DNA of 64,000 bases from Coleofasciculus sp. B1-GNL1-01 (lineage in GTDB: Bacteria > Cyanobacteriota > Cyanobacteriia > Cyanobacteriales > Coleofasciculaceae). A program made the position numbers and the translations under genes. Under the pieces are notes generated by a model. It saw nothing but the letters and a program-made list of their open reading frames with translations, did no database searches and was not told the origin of the DNA. Below, piece after piece: positions 20,831 through 32,289 of the stretch (positions are counted from its first letter, which is position 1; every line of letters starts with the position of its first letter). The stretch lies in NCBI GenBank assembly GCA_040220235.1, contig JAVJTO010000047.1; one strand, written 5' to 3'.

Positions 20831-23737
20831 ATGACTTTTTTGCCCCGCATCAGACTGAAAATGGCTTTAAGGCGATCGCGAACTCCCAAAATAGCGATAA
20901 TCCCCTCACGTCTCAAGGCTATCGGTCGCTGTATTGGGTTAGGATTACTCACACTGTTCCTGGTAATGTGGGTTTTTCCCACCCAAGCCCAGCATCCGCC
21001 TATACCGCTTACGGGATCAACTCAGGCTCAATTCTTGAGTAGGGAACAGGGAACACCTCGACTTCGCTCGGTGTATCACAGGGAACAGGGAACAGGGAAC
21101 AGAAAACAGAGGGATTTAAACTCAATTCAGGAGAATGATAATGCTTTAACTCAACTCGAACAAGGCAAAGCCCTCTATGCGGCTGGACGCTTTTGGCAAG
21201 CGATTACCGTTTGGCAACAGGCGATGCAAGCGTACCAAGCTCAAGGCGATCGCATCCACCATGCCCTGAGTTTAAGTTATCTCTCCTTAGCCTATCAAGA
21301 GTTGGGACAATGGCAGGAGGCAGAACAAACGATTACCCAAAGCTTAAATCTAGTCGCTAATCTCCTCAAACCCACCCCCAATCATCAACGCCTTCTCGCC
21401 CAACTGCTGAATACTCAAGCCAGTCTCCACTACGCCCAAGGACAAATGGAAGCGGCTTTAGAAACCTGGAAACAGGCAGAACAGGCGTATCAAGACGCGG
21501 GGGATCAAACGGGTGTATTCGGGAGCCAAATTAACCAAGCCCAAGTTTTACAAGCATTGGGACTCTATCGGCGATCGCAGATTACCTTAGAGCGAGTGCA
21601 AACCCAACTCCAAACTCAACCCGATTCGTTACTCAAAGCCGCCGGATTAAGGAGTTTGGGCGTCGCGCTGCAAGTGGTGGGTAATCTGGAGGAATCGCAA
21701 CAGGTTTTGCAGCAAAGTTTGGCAATAACTCAGCGCTTGGATGCAGTCGCTGAGCAAAGTGCGACGCTATTTAGCCTGGGAAATACAGCTAGAGCGTTAC
21801 AGGAATTTGAAGAGGCGATCGCCTATTATCAACAAGCCGCCTCCACAGCAACCACCACTCTTACCCAAGTGGAAGCCCAACTCAACCAACTCAGCCTGCT
21901 GATTGAAACCCAAAATTGGACAGATGCTCAAGCTTTAGTTCCTCAAGTTCAGGCTGAATTATCTAGTTTACCTCTAAGTCGGGCGGCGGTTTATGCTCAA
22001 GTGAATTTCGCTGAGAGTTTGATAAAAATGGGGAGCAATGTAGAGACGTTGCATGCAACGTCTCTAAGCCGAGCTGTAGGGGTGGGGTTGAGGGATAATA
22101 ACGTTACCCATACCCAAGACGCCGCTAAGTTGACTAAAGCTGCTCTACCTAGGGAACAGGGTAGAATGTCTCAATCCCTGATCCCTAATCCTGGAGGCGC
22201 TAAAGCGCAACTACAAGCGCAACGACGAGCGATCGCCCAATTGTTAGCTAGAGCGATCCACCAAGCCAGACAGCTTAATGATACAAGAGCCGAGTCTTAC
22301 GCCTTGGGTCAATTGGGACATCTTTATATGGAGACACAGCAGTGGTTAGAGGCGCGAGAGTTAACAGAGAAGGCGTTAACTTTGGCGCAAGGAATACAAG
22401 CCACTGAAATCGCCTATCGTTGGCAATGGCAACTGAGTCAGATACTCCAACATCAAGGTAATCTGACAGGCGCGATCGCGGCAAATCGGGAAGCCGTTCA
22501 TAGCCTGCAATCCCTACGCCGTGATTTGGTGGCGATTAATCCTGATGTGCAATTTTCCTTTCGGGAAACCGTTGAACCTATTTATCGCAATTTGGTGGAA
22601 TTACTGTTAAGCAATCAGCCCACACCAGAGCAGCTCACCCAAGCGCGTGAAACCATTGAATCCCTGCGATTAGCGGAACTAGAGAACTTTTTTCGAGAAG
22701 CCTGTTGGCAAGTTCAACGCCAAGCTATTGATCAGATTGATCCCCAAGCTTCCGTCATTTACCCAATTATTTTGCCTGATCATTTTGCCGTGATTGTCTC
22801 CCTACCCAGAAAACCCCTGCGCTATTTTCAAACTGATGTAACTCAGACTCAAATCGACAGCACCATTGAGCAGCTCCTACAAGCCTTAAATCCCGTGTGG
22901 TCAAACAAAGAACGGTTACGCCTGTCCCAACAACTTTATGATTGGTTGATCCGACCGATTGAACCGGCGTTAAAAGAAAATGAGATTAAAACCCTCGTCT
23001 TTGTTCTGGATGATGCCTTACGGAATTTGCCCATGGCGGCGCTCTACGATGGACAGCAGTATCTGATTGAAAACTACAATATCGCGCTATCCGTAGGATT
23101 ACAACTGATCGAGCCGCGATCGCTCCTTCCCCAGCAAATGAAAGCCTTAACAGCTGGACTCACCGAGGCGCGGGACGGTTTTCCGGCTCTCCCCGCCGTG
23201 GAGTTGGAAGTGGAAAACATCGCCGCCCAAATTCCGACTAAGGTCTTTTTAAATCAACAGTTTACCCATCAAACGCTGCAAGAGCAAATTGAAGCGACTC
23301 CCTTTCCAGTGGTTCATCTAGCCACTCATGGACAGTTTAGTTCCAAAGCCGAGAACACATTTCTGCTCACTTGGAATAGTCGCATCAAGGTGAAAGATTT
23401 GGATCAACTTCTGCAAACCAGACAGCGACAGAATACCAACCCCATTGAACTGCTGGTTCTCAGTGCTTGCCAAACGGCGACAGGGGACAAGCGAGCGGCT
23501 TTGGGACTGGCTGGATTAGCCGTGCGATCGGGCGCTCGTAGTACCCTAGCAACCTTATGGTCAGTTAATGATGAATCGACGGCTCAGTTGATGGTTGAGT
23601 TTTATCGACAACTCACCCAATCTCAAGTGAGTAAAGCCCAAGCCCTGCGTCAGGCTCAACTCACTCTTCTACGTCAACCTAATTATCAGCATCCCTTTTA
23701 CTGGGCACCCTTTGTCTTAGTCGGAAATTGGCTTTGA
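20831..23737 (+). CDS. TPR-CHAT domain protease 2 with signal peptide
   Basis: Hydrophobic segment ending PTQA-Q; TPRs; VHLATHGQF, LVLSACQTA; HPFYWAPFVLVGNWL. Confidence 0.93.
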   Translation: MTFLPRIRLKMALRRSRTPKIAIIPSRLKAIGRCIGLGLLTLFLVMWVFPTQAQHPPIPLTGSTQAQFLSREQGTPRLRSVYHREQGTGNRKQRDLNSIQENDNALTQLEQGKALYAAGRFWQAITVWQQAMQAYQAQGDRIHHALSLSYLSLAYQELGQWQEAEQTITQSLNLVANLLKPTPNHQRLLAQLLNTQASLHYAQGQMEAALETWKQAEQAYQDAGDQTGVFGSQINQAQVLQALGLYRRSQITLERVQTQLQTQPDSLLKAAGLRSLGVALQVVGNLEESQQVLQQSLAITQRLDAVAEQSATLFSLGNTARALQEFEEAIAYYQQAASTATTTLTQVEAQLNQLSLLIETQNWTDAQALVPQVQAELSSLPLSRAAVYAQVNFAESLIKMGSNVETLHATSLSRAVGVGLRDNNVTHTQDAAKLTKAALPREQGRMSQSLIPNPGGAKAQLQAQRRAIAQLLARAIHQARQLNDTRAESYALGQLGHLYMETQQWLEARELTEKALTLAQGIQATEIAYRWQWQLSQILQHQGNLTGAIAANREAVHSLQSLRRDLVAINPDVQFSFRETVEPIYRNLVELLLSNQPTPEQLTQARETIESLRLAELENFFREACWQVQRQAIDQIDPQASVIYPIILPDHFAVIVSLPRKPLRYFQTDVTQTQIDSTIEQLLQALNPVWSNKERLRLSQQLYDWLIRPIEPALKENEIKTLVFVLDDALRNLPMAALYDGQQYLIENYNIALSVGLQLIEPRSLLPQQMKALTAGLTEARDGFPALPAVELEVENIAAQIPTKVFLNQQFTHQTLQEQIEATPFPVVHLATHGQFSSKAENTFLLTWNSRIKVKDLDQLLQTRQRQNTNPIELLVLSACQTATGDKRAALGLAGLAVRSGARSTLATLWSVNDESTAQLMVEFYRQLTQSQVSKAQALRQAQLTLLRQPNYQHPFYWAPFVLVGNWL

Positions 23738-23779
23738 CGCAAAGCCTGTTCCCTGAATGACAGAAGGCAGAGGGGAACA

Positions 23780-23853
23780 GTAGTGCGAGCGTCTCGCTCG
23801 CTATTAGTCTCGCTCGCTATTAGTCTTGCTTGCTATTAGTCTCGCTCGCTATT
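23780..23853. repeat. REP GTAGTGCGAGCGTCTCGCTCGCTA with its right half tandemly amplified (4 x 16 bp)
   Basis: GTCTCGCTCGCTATTA at 23791, 23807, 23823 (2 mismatches), 23839; unamplified copy at 43232-43257. Confidence 0.85.
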
Positions 23854-24296
23854 GGGTAGGATTTTTTATCTATCGAGGCTGAGAAGCTTGCACTAAATCA
23901 ACTTTAATCGTCGTCAAAAGCTTTATTTTTAAGGGTTTCCGGTTTTTGCAGTAAGCCCTACCTATTGTCTAAGTATTGACAAACGTGAAGAATTTATGTC
24001 GAGAGGCACGGTTCATTCCACGTTATGATACTATACTGGGTATTAATAATAATTAAGGGGTGTGACCCCACACTCCACGATAAAAACTAAGTGTTACCGG
24101 GGCGACACATCCAGGGTTGTAGGTACTCTCTCATTCTTCAGTTGCTTTACTAGGGAATTGGTATACTCAAAAATAAATAGACAAGTTGCCATTAATTTAG
24201 TAAAATGCTTGTCTTATTTGTCTGTCTGTTATGGGATGCCGCTTAAAATCCCTGTGATGCACTACAACTCATTCTTCTTCACGAGGGTTTTTTATC

Positions 24297-24920
24297 ATGG
24301 CTTGGAAACATACACCTCAACCGCTTGCATTTTTGTCAGTAGGTCTTTTCCTCAAACTGCTACTGGTTAGTAGTTTAGCTGTATCATTACGTGCTGAAAC
24401 CATACCCCTGTCTGAAACAGCCAGTGCGACCTTTATTCCCGACAGAAAAGGAGCGCCCAAAGATTCAGCCGGGGGAGCCTCACGGGATGGTGGTATATGT
24501 CCCAATGACACAAGTGAGCTAGGAACATCAGTCACACCATTCCAATTAGCCACAAATCATGGATTCACGGTAGCCGAACGTCCCACATTCTTTGTTTACA
24601 TCCCACCAACAGTAGCTCAAGACGCTGTATTTATTCTCAAGGATGAAACAGAAGAGTATTTCTACCAAAAAACCGTATCACTTCCTAACCAGAGAGGTTT
24701 GGTCAGCTTTAAACTACCCCTTGATGCACCAACTCTGGAAATTGGCAAGACCTATCAGTGGTCATTTTTACTCATTTGCGGACAATCCCTCCGACCAGAT
24801 AGTCCTAAAGTAGAAGGGCAAATTCAGCGCATTCAACCTGATCCCGCCTTACTCAGCAAACTTCAGCCATGGTCTCCTGTCGATAGAGCCGCTTTTTATG
24901 GAGAGGAAAGTATTCAATAA
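24297..24920 (+). pseudogene. DUF928 protein 2, C-terminally truncated
   Basis: Colinear with 7550-8323 (GGASRDGGIC, TVAERPTFFVY, YQWSF) but stops where the paralog has GIWFDTL...SVGL (about 47 aa missing). Confidence 0.75.
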
Positions 24921-25211
24921 GCAAGTAGGTAGGGACAACCAGCCTTAAGTCAGTGACATTCTACTTAGGTGGAAAAAATTAAACGTAACGCTGGGGATTT
25001 TCATGCTTCACACTCGAAGAGCGCCAGAAGCAAGCTACGTGGTTTGCCCTTAGCTTCCCTGCACCTCTCCTCTGCCTCTCCGCCTCTCCGCTCCTCTGCT
25101 CCCTGTTCCCTCCCCGCACTACAACGCTTATTCAGCAAGCCCTACTTAGGGCGTCCTTTGGTATAGTCTCAGTCCCTCATCTGAAGCAGTCAAACGTAAA
25201 TTTGATGAAAG

Positions 25212-25241
25212 ATGCCCAAAATCTATCTGTGGGCATTTTTT
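25212..25241 (+). terminator. Possible intrinsic terminator
   Basis: ATGCCCA-loop-TGGGCAT followed by a T run. Confidence 0.35.
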
Positions 25242-25394
25242 ATTAATTAATTAGATGTGAGACCATAAGTAAGTCATTGATGATAGCGTCAATGGCAATA
25301 GTTTCATTAAACATTAAACATATACCTCTTTGGAAAAGTCTCTGAGGGGAATTCAACTAGCTGAAGTCTGATTTAAAAATAAAAAGGAGGAAAC

Positions 25395-26129
25395 TTGCAA
25401 ATTACGAAGGAGTTAACAAACCACTCATTTGAGTATTATTACTTAGTCTTCTTGGGAGTCACTCTTGTCCGATACTTTCTTATTGCTGGGGGTGCCTATT
25501 GGCTCTTTTATGTCGTTCTGGGAAAGTCCCTCGCCAAAAACAGTTTGCGTCTGAAGCCACTGATGAATGATCCCATCAGAAATGATATCGTACTATCGGT
25601 TTTATCGGCAACTGTTTTCGCTTTTTGTGCAGCGCTAATCTTATCAGAGTATGGTTTGGGAGTAACACTCCTCTATACTAACCCAGATGACTATGGACTG
25701 TGGTATATAGGAGTGAGTTTTGTTGCCGTGCTTGTGCTTCAGGATACATACTTTTACTTTATCCACCGCCTTTTTCACCACCCTTGGCTGTTTAAATGGA
25801 TGCATTCTGGACATCACCGTTCGGGAGAACCAACGCCCTGGAGTTCCTTCGCCTTTGATCTACCCGAGGCAATTATACAGTCACTCTTTTTTGTGGTTGT
25901 AATCTTTATCGTTCCGCTCCATTTCATCACCTTGGCGGCGGCACTGATTACGATGACAATATGGGCAGTAGTGTCTCATTTGGGATTCGAGCTATTTCCC
26001 TCATCATTTCTTCACCACTGGCTGGGGAAGTGGTTTATCGGGGCAACCTATCATTCAATACATCATCGCCAGTACACTGTACACTACGGATTGTACTTCA
26101 CATTCTGGGATAAGTTGCTCGGTACTTAA
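25395..26129 (+). CDS. Sterol desaturase / fatty acid hydroxylase family membrane di-iron enzyme
   Basis: DTYFYFIHRLFHH, HSGHH, HSIHH His boxes; YGLYFTFWDKLLGT. Confidence 0.88.
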   Translation: MQITKELTNHSFEYYYLVFLGVTLVRYFLIAGGAYWLFYVVLGKSLAKNSLRLKPLMNDPIRNDIVLSVLSATVFAFCAALILSEYGLGVTLLYTNPDDYGLWYIGVSFVAVLVLQDTYFYFIHRLFHHPWLFKWMHSGHHRSGEPTPWSSFAFDLPEAIIQSLFFVVVIFIVPLHFITLAAALITMTIWAVVSHLGFELFPSSFLHHWLGKWFIGATYHSIHHRQYTVHYGLYFTFWDKLLGT

Positions 26130-26219
26130 CTTTACTTCCCCTGCTCCCTCTGCTCCCCCTTCTCCCCCTGCTCCCCCTGCTTTCACATTAAGTTGATACC
26201 AATGACGGAGGGTGCGCCC

Positions 26220-28274
26220 CTACAGTGTTGGTGCTTGGCGCGAAGGAATCGTTTTAAAGACACGAATCAAATCGGCTTGGCGAATCGGTTTACTAATATA
26301 ATCATCCATCCCCGCTTCTAAACACGTTTCTCGGTCTTCCTGCATCGCATTAGCTGTCAAAGCAACAATCCAAGGGCGCTGGGAATAGTTTTGGCAGATG
26401 TGACGGGTAGCGGTTAAGCCATCCATTTCTGGCATCTGTACATCCATCAATATTACATCGTAGGATTGACGGGAGATGGCATCAAGAACTTCCTGACCAT
26501 TACTAACCAAATCAGCTTGATAACCTAAACGTTTTAACAGCAACAATTCTACCTTTTGATTGACTATATTATCTTCAGCCAAAAGAATCCGTAACGGCAA
26601 CTGTAGGGCAAGAGGTGAATCTCCAGATTTTGGTGAATCAGGCTGAGACTTAATAGCAGTAGCTTGCCTTCCTAAAACTTGAGTCAAAGTATTATAAAGT
26701 TGCCCAAGTTTAATCGGCTTAGGTAAACAAGCAGCAAAATGACGCTCAATTAAAGACGTTTTCGTCGTCAATTTTCCTATAGGCGTTAATAATACCAAAG
26801 GCAATTGTTTAAAACCCGGTTGATTGTGGATTTGCAGACCCAGAGTTAGCCCGTTCATTTCTGGCATTTGCCGATCGATAATTGCCAGATCAAAGGCTTC
26901 TTTCTGATTGAGCCAACCCAGGGCTTCATTCCCCGATTGAGTACTTCGGGCAATCATGCCCCAACATTGGGTTTGCTGGGTTAAAATTTGGCAACTTGTC
27001 GGATTATCATCAATAATTAAAACTCGTTTACCCGCAAGCTGAGGTTGAGGAGTTGTTACATTCGGTTCAGACGCATCTTGATCTACGCTTAAAACAACAC
27101 AGAAGGAAAAAGTAGACCCCTCACCCAAGGTACTGTCTACCCAAATTTCTCCCCCCATCATTTCACTTAATTGCTTAGAAATAATTAAACCTAGTCCCGT
27201 GCCACCATACTGGCGAGTGGTGGAAGAATCCAGTTGACTGAAGCGTTGAAACAAACGGTTAAAACGGTCTTTCGGAATACCAATGCCCGTGTCTTTTACC
27301 GAAAACATAAGGCAAACAGTCGGCGAGGTATGGCTATCCTGGTTTTGAGTCGAATCGGTGACATAGCAATGTTCAACCTTTACTGAAACGCTAACTTCTC
27401 CCACATCAGTGAACTTAATTGCATTACTCAACAAATTGATCAGAATTTGGCGCAGGCGGGTGACATCTCCGACCAGAGTAGAGGGGACTTCTGGGTCAAT
27501 AAAATAAGTTAATTCTAATCCCTTTTGTACTGCTTTGGGCGCAAACAGATCAACAGCGGTTTCCAGACAGTCACGTAGATTAAAGGGTTTGAATTCAAGT
27601 TCTAGTTTACCCGACTCAATCTTGGCAAAATCTAACACATCATTAATTGTGATCAGTAGTGTTTCCCCACTTTGGCGAATCGTTTCTACCAAGTCCTGTT
27701 GGTGGGTATCCAGTTTCGTATTCTCTAAAATTCCGGTTAAGCCAATCACCGCATTTAGAGGGGTGCGGATTTCATGGCTCATGGTTGCCAGGAATTCACT
27801 TTTCGCTCGGTTAGCGGCTTCTGCGGCTTCTTTTGCCTCTGCTAGGGTGGCGTTTTGAGCTTGCAGTTGCTGTTGAATATGGCGTAAAGTTAGTTGGGTT
27901 TTAACCCGTGCGATTACTTCTTCGAGTTGAAAGGGTTTAGTAATATAGTCTACGCCACCCACTTCAAAGGCTTTCACTTTATCCCAGACTTCATCAAGAG
28001 CGCTCAAGAAAATTACCGGAATTTCGGCGGTTTGTTCATCGGCTTTTAAGCATTGACAAACTTCATACCCATCCATTTCCGGCATTTTGATATCTAGCAA
28101 AATTAAATCCGGCGGATCAGTATTAACCGCATTCAGTGCCTGTTTCCCACTAATAACCCGACGAACTTCATAGCCTTGGTTCGCCAGCATGGTAAACAAA
28201 ATACGTAAATTATCAGGGATATCATCGACAATTAATATGTCTCCCTTGATGGCTTGAGATTGACGTTCACTCAT
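26220..28274 (-). CDS. Hybrid histidine kinase REC-HisKA-HATPase-REC-REC
   Basis: [49 protein letters not shown]; two further receiver domains. Confidence 0.95.
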   Translation of the reverse strand: MSERQSQAIKGDILIVDDIPDNLRILFTMLANQGYEVRRVISGKQALNAVNTDPPDLILLDIKMPEMDGYEVCQCLKADEQTAEIPVIFLSALDEVWDKVKAFEVGGVDYITKPFQLEEVIARVKTQLTLRHIQQQLQAQNATLAEAKEAAEAANRAKSEFLATMSHEIRTPLNAVIGLTGILENTKLDTHQQDLVETIRQSGETLLITINDVLDFAKIESGKLELEFKPFNLRDCLETAVDLFAPKAVQKGLELTYFIDPEVPSTLVGDVTRLRQILINLLSNAIKFTDVGEVSVSVKVEHCYVTDSTQNQDSHTSPTVCLMFSVKDTGIGIPKDRFNRLFQRFSQLDSSTTRQYGGTGLGLIISKQLSEMMGGEIWVDSTLGEGSTFSFCVVLSVDQDASEPNVTTPQPQLAGKRVLIIDDNPTSCQILTQQTQCWGMIARSTQSGNEALGWLNQKEAFDLAIIDRQMPEMNGLTLGLQIHNQPGFKQLPLVLLTPIGKLTTKTSLIERHFAACLPKPIKLGQLYNTLTQVLGRQATAIKSQPDSPKSGDSPLALQLPLRILLAEDNIVNQKVELLLLKRLGYQADLVSNGQEVLDAISRQSYDVILMDVQMPEMDGLTATRHICQNYSQRPWIVALTANAMQEDRETCLEAGMDDYISKPIRQADLIRVFKTIPSRQAPTL

Positions 28275-31200
28275 GAAGGAGGGGCTGTGTTAAATCCACT
28301 ATGCGATCAAAAGAAAGGGTGTTAACCCATTGGGTTAAGGTTTGAGCCAGAGAGGTTTGCTCCTCAGTAATTTGGGCAATAAGCTGAATCATCACTTTCT
28401 CTCTAGCGCTGAGTGCAGCTTTGTGCAGTTGTGCCAGCCATTCAATCGGCATTTGTGCCAACGCCTCTTGTAGGGCAGTTTCCTGCAAGGGTGCTGGCGG
28501 CGTATCCGGCGATGTGAGAGAGAGAGGTTCAGCTTCAGCATACAAATAACGCACCCCTAAATGTTGCGCCATTTTTTCAAAGATAACCTCTTCCCGAAAC
28601 GGCTTGCTAACGAAATCGTCGCAGCCTGCGGACAAAACAACCGATCGCTGTTTATCAAAAACACTGGCAGTCAAGGCTATAATTACTGTGGCTTGACCCT
28701 GCAACGATTGGCGAATTCGACGAGTGGCTTCATAACCATCCATCACAGGCATCCGCATATCCATCCAAATCAGGTGAGGTTGCCAACTCTGACAACGTTC
28801 AACAGCTTGCTGTCCATTTTCCGCTTCCTGTACCTCAAACCCCATCGGTGCGATTAGATTAACCAGCAATACCCGACTTTCCCATTTATCATCAGCAATC
28901 AGAATCCGATAGGTGGGTTGATTGGGGGCTAAACCAATCACCCGTTTAGACTCTTGGCTCTCAATATCAGCCGCTTGAGCCGGACTAACCTTAATCGTAA
29001 ACCGAAACCGTGTTCCCTGACCCAAAACACTGCTGACGGCGATGGTTCCTCCCATCAGTTGGACAAATTTCTGGCTAATCGGTAAACCTAATCCTGTACC
29101 TTCTTGAGATTTGCGCCCGGTTTCTGTTTGGATAAAGGCTTCAAATAAGGTATCGAGTTCGGCTGGGGCAATTCCTGAACCCGTGTCTTCGACTTCAAAG
29201 GTGATTAGGGATTGGGGATTGGGGATTGGGGATTGGGCAATTATACCCCGTTCCCCGTAGAGACGCGCCATGGCGCGTCTGTGCAAAGGGGTAACGTTAT
29301 CCGTCAAACTCGCCCCTACAGATTGGTTCCCAGACGTGCCATGTAGAGACGTTGCATGCAACGTCTCTACATGCAAGGTGACACTCCCTTCATCTGTAAA
29401 TTTAATCGCATTCCCCAATAAATTAATTAAAACCTGACGTAACTTACTCTCATCCGTCCGCACGTATTGAGGAACCTCTGGGTCACAATTAAAGATTAAC
29501 TGTAAGCCCTTGGAAGCCACTTTTAGCTGAAGCATTTCTTCTAAACTTTTGAGTAAGCGATACAGATCAAAACTGGTTTCATTCAGTGTAATCCGACCCG
29601 CTTCTATTTTAGACATTTCTAGTACATCATTGAGCAGTGTGAGTAAATGTTCACCACTGCGAGCAATAATTCCTAAATACTCCTGTTGAGTTAGAGTTAA
29701 CGTCGAGTCGCGGGTCATCACTTGGGCAAAACCCAGAATCGCATTCAAGGGAGTCCGCAGTTCATGACTCATATTCGCTAAAAACTCACTTTTAGCCCGG
29801 TTCGCTGCATCAGCTGCTTCCTTGGCATCTTTGAGTTGAGCCATGAGTGCGGCTTGTTGTAGCGCTACGCCTAACTGATTACTCACTTGTGTCAGTAAAC
29901 TAATTTCTGCGGTGTCCCAGTGACGGGGACTGGAGTTTTGATACGCCCCCAATAATCCCCACAGCTTGTCACCGACAAAAACCGGGCTTAAACAATAAGC
30001 TTTGATATGAAATACCTCTAATAACTTGACATGACAGGTCGAGTAAATCCTTTGGTAAATATCATTGACGACAATATTTTCATGATTTTTAAATCGCCCG
30101 CCCTGATTTTTTTGTAAACAGGTATCTGACCAAACGCTTGTCAGCTCATAACCGACTAAGGGCGACCAACCGGATGCCACAGATTCAGAGACAAAATCTC
30201 CACTCCAGTCCGAATTGAATCGATAAACTACGACGCGATCGCAGTTAAGAATTTGCCGGACTTCTTGAGTCGTCGTACTAAAAATCTGATCAATATCTAA
30301 CGTTTGACGAATACTTTCAATCACCCGTGCTAATGCCCGCGCCTGTTCAGCAGCCTTGGCTTGCTGGACGGCTTGCGCTTGCAATAACTCCAAATATTCC
30401 GACTGTTGCAATGCTACCCCTAATTGGGCTGCCACTTGCATAAGTAACTTAACTTCCCGTTCTTGCCAATGGCGGGGTTTACTATGTTGAAAAGCACTCA
30501 GCATTCCCCATAGTTTTTCCCCTTTAAATAACGCCACAACCGCAAAGGATTTAATCCCAAATGATTCTAAGCTTTCAATATGACAATCGGTTAAATTGGC
30601 TTGATAGATATCATCAGCAAAAAACGCTTCATTGTGGCGTAATCGACCCCCTTGATGTTCGCTTAAATAGGTATCATCCCAAGCACTCCCCACCAGTTTG
30701 GGTAAATCTCCTGCTTCCGATTCAAAAATAAAATCGCCGAAATAATCCTCGCGGAATTTATAAATGGCAATTCGTTCAACATCCAACAATTGCCGGACTT
30801 CTGTAGCCGCCGTTTGGAAAATCGTATTTAAATCTAAGGTTTGGCGAATTTTATCAATAACCTGAGCTAACGCCCTTTCCCGTTCCGCTTCCTGGGCTAA
30901 CTCATCCGCCCGTTGTTGTAATTGCGCCTCCAGTGTGGTTTGCAATTCTGCCGATCGCCGTTGGGCTTTACCTAACAGTTCAGCCTGTTGAATCGCTACC
31001 CCTAATTGAGCACTAATTTGCACCAAAAAATTAATATCTGTCTCATCCCAGGATCGCGGGGCTGAATTTTGAAACGCGGCTAAAAGTCCCCAGAGGCTTT
31101 TACCTTTGTAAATCGCAATAATTGTGTAGGCTCTTGCCTGATAGCGTTCTAAGCTTTGAATATAGCAATCCGAAAACCCGGCTGTATAAATATCGCGACA

Positions 31201-32217
31201 AACCCGGAAAACTTCCCCTTTAATAAAGTCCCCGCCTTCAGTTTGCTGGAGATAGGTATCAATAATTTGAGGATTGGCTAAGGATGTAATACTACAATTA
31301 CTAATATTTTGGCATAACTGGGGATCTTGATATTGCTCTTGGACTAACGGTTTCCAGCCCTCAGCCACCGATTCAACCACGAATTCACCACTCCAATCGG
31401 GATTAAACCGATAAATTGCCACCCGATCCGCATTCAGCAACTGCCGTGCTTCCTGAGTTGTCGTCTGGAATATGGTATTAATATCAAGTGATCGCCGAAT
31501 CTTATCGATAATCGCTGCAACTGCTTTTTCTCGTTCAACCGCTTGATTAACCGCTTTCGTCAATAACTCCGACTGCATCTGCAGTTGAGCCACAAACTCC
31601 GCTTGCTGCAACGCCACACCTAAATGAATGGCAATTTGATGGACAAACTCTATTTCATCACTGCGCCATTGACGGGGATGGGAACATTGGTGAATACACA
31701 ACAACCCCCAAAGCTGATTCCCCTTGAGTAACGGCACAACCAAGTTGGCTCGAACTTGGAAACGTGATAAAATTTTAATGTGGCAATCAGGTAAATTCAG
31801 AGCATAAATATCTTCAGCCGCCCAAATCCGCCCCTGTTGATAATGAGTCGCATGTCTTTCGCCGAAACAGTCATCCTCTATTTTGGTGGCGATGGCTGAC
31901 GTAAACGGCGACACTACATCTTCAGAGACAACTTCCCCACGGCGACAGCCAGACTCTGGATCAAAGCGAAACATCCCCACTCGATCCGCATTCAGCAGTT
32001 GACGCACTTGTGTGGCGGTTGATTTAAAGATACTCTCCAAATCCAGAGATTCCCGAATTTTAGTCACCACAGCCAACAGCGCCTTTTGCTGGGCAACTTG
32101 AGTCGGTTCTGGCATTCTTGCTGCTTCCAATTGCGCCACACGCGATCGCAGATAGGCTAATTCTGCTTGGAGTGACTCGTAGGTTTTGGCATTGAGAACG
32201 ATATCCTGATCAGACAT
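28267..32217 (-). CDS. Four-GAF cyanobacteriochrome hybrid histidine kinase
   Basis: Four GAFs with bilin-binding [26 protein letters not shown]; HATPase; C-terminal REC (WMDMRMP). Confidence 0.93.
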   Translation of the reverse strand: MSDQDIVLNAKTYESLQAELAYLRSRVAQLEAARMPEPTQVAQQKALLAVVTKIRESLDLESIFKSTATQVRQLLNADRVGMFRFDPESGCRRGEVVSEDVVSPFTSAIATKIEDDCFGERHATHYQQGRIWAAEDIYALNLPDCHIKILSRFQVRANLVVPLLKGNQLWGLLCIHQCSHPRQWRSDEIEFVHQIAIHLGVALQQAEFVAQLQMQSELLTKAVNQAVEREKAVAAIIDKIRRSLDINTIFQTTTQEARQLLNADRVAIYRFNPDWSGEFVVESVAEGWKPLVQEQYQDPQLCQNISNCSITSLANPQIIDTYLQQTEGGDFIKGEVFRVCRDIYTAGFSDCYIQSLERYQARAYTIIAIYKGKSLWGLLAAFQNSAPRSWDETDINFLVQISAQLGVAIQQAELLGKAQRRSAELQTTLEAQLQQRADELAQEAERERALAQVIDKIRQTLDLNTIFQTAATEVRQLLDVERIAIYKFREDYFGDFIFESEAGDLPKLVGSAWDDTYLSEHQGGRLRHNEAFFADDIYQANLTDCHIESLESFGIKSFAVVALFKGEKLWGMLSAFQHSKPRHWQEREVKLLMQVAAQLGVALQQSEYLELLQAQAVQQAKAAEQARALARVIESIRQTLDIDQIFSTTTQEVRQILNCDRVVVYRFNSDWSGDFVSESVASGWSPLVGYELTSVWSDTCLQKNQGGRFKNHENIVVNDIYQRIYSTCHVKLLEVFHIKAYCLSPVFVGDKLWGLLGAYQNSSPRHWDTAEISLLTQVSNQLGVALQQAALMAQLKDAKEAADAANRAKSEFLANMSHELRTPLNAILGFAQVMTRDSTLTLTQQEYLGIIARSGEHLLTLLNDVLEMSKIEAGRITLNETSFDLYRLLKSLEEMLQLKVASKGLQLIFNCDPEVPQYVRTDESKLRQVLINLLGNAIKFTDEGSVTLHVETLHATSLHGTSGNQSVGASLTDNVTPLHRRAMARLYGERGIIAQSPIPNPQSLITFEVEDTGSGIAPAELDTLFEAFIQTETGRKSQEGTGLGLPISQKFVQLMGGTIAVSSVLGQGTRFRFTIKVSPAQAADIESQESKRVIGLAPNQPTYRILIADDKWESRVLLVNLIAPMGFEVQEAENGQQAVERCQSWQPHLIWMDMRMPVMDGYEATRRIRQSLQGQATVIIALTASVFDKQRSVVLSAGCDDFVSKPFREEVIFEKMAQHLGVRYLYAEAEPLSLTSPDTPPAPLQETALQEALAQMPIEWLAQLHKAALSAREKVMIQLIAQITEEQTSLAQTLTQWVNTLSFDRIVDLTQPLLHE

Positions 32218-32289
32218 GATAGGGTTTTGGGTGCGGGGGAGATGGGGGAGATGAGGAAGAAAGAGGATAACTTTTTGAAAAACACCCTT

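Noticed and set aside
24969..25166. 65-aa ORF after truncated DUF928
   Set aside because: Composed of repeat/STRR sequence; not the missing DUF928 C-terminus
29205..29372. Intein or intron in the kinase
   Set aside because: No Cys/Ser...His-Asn ends or group I/II motifs; explained by dispersed repeats
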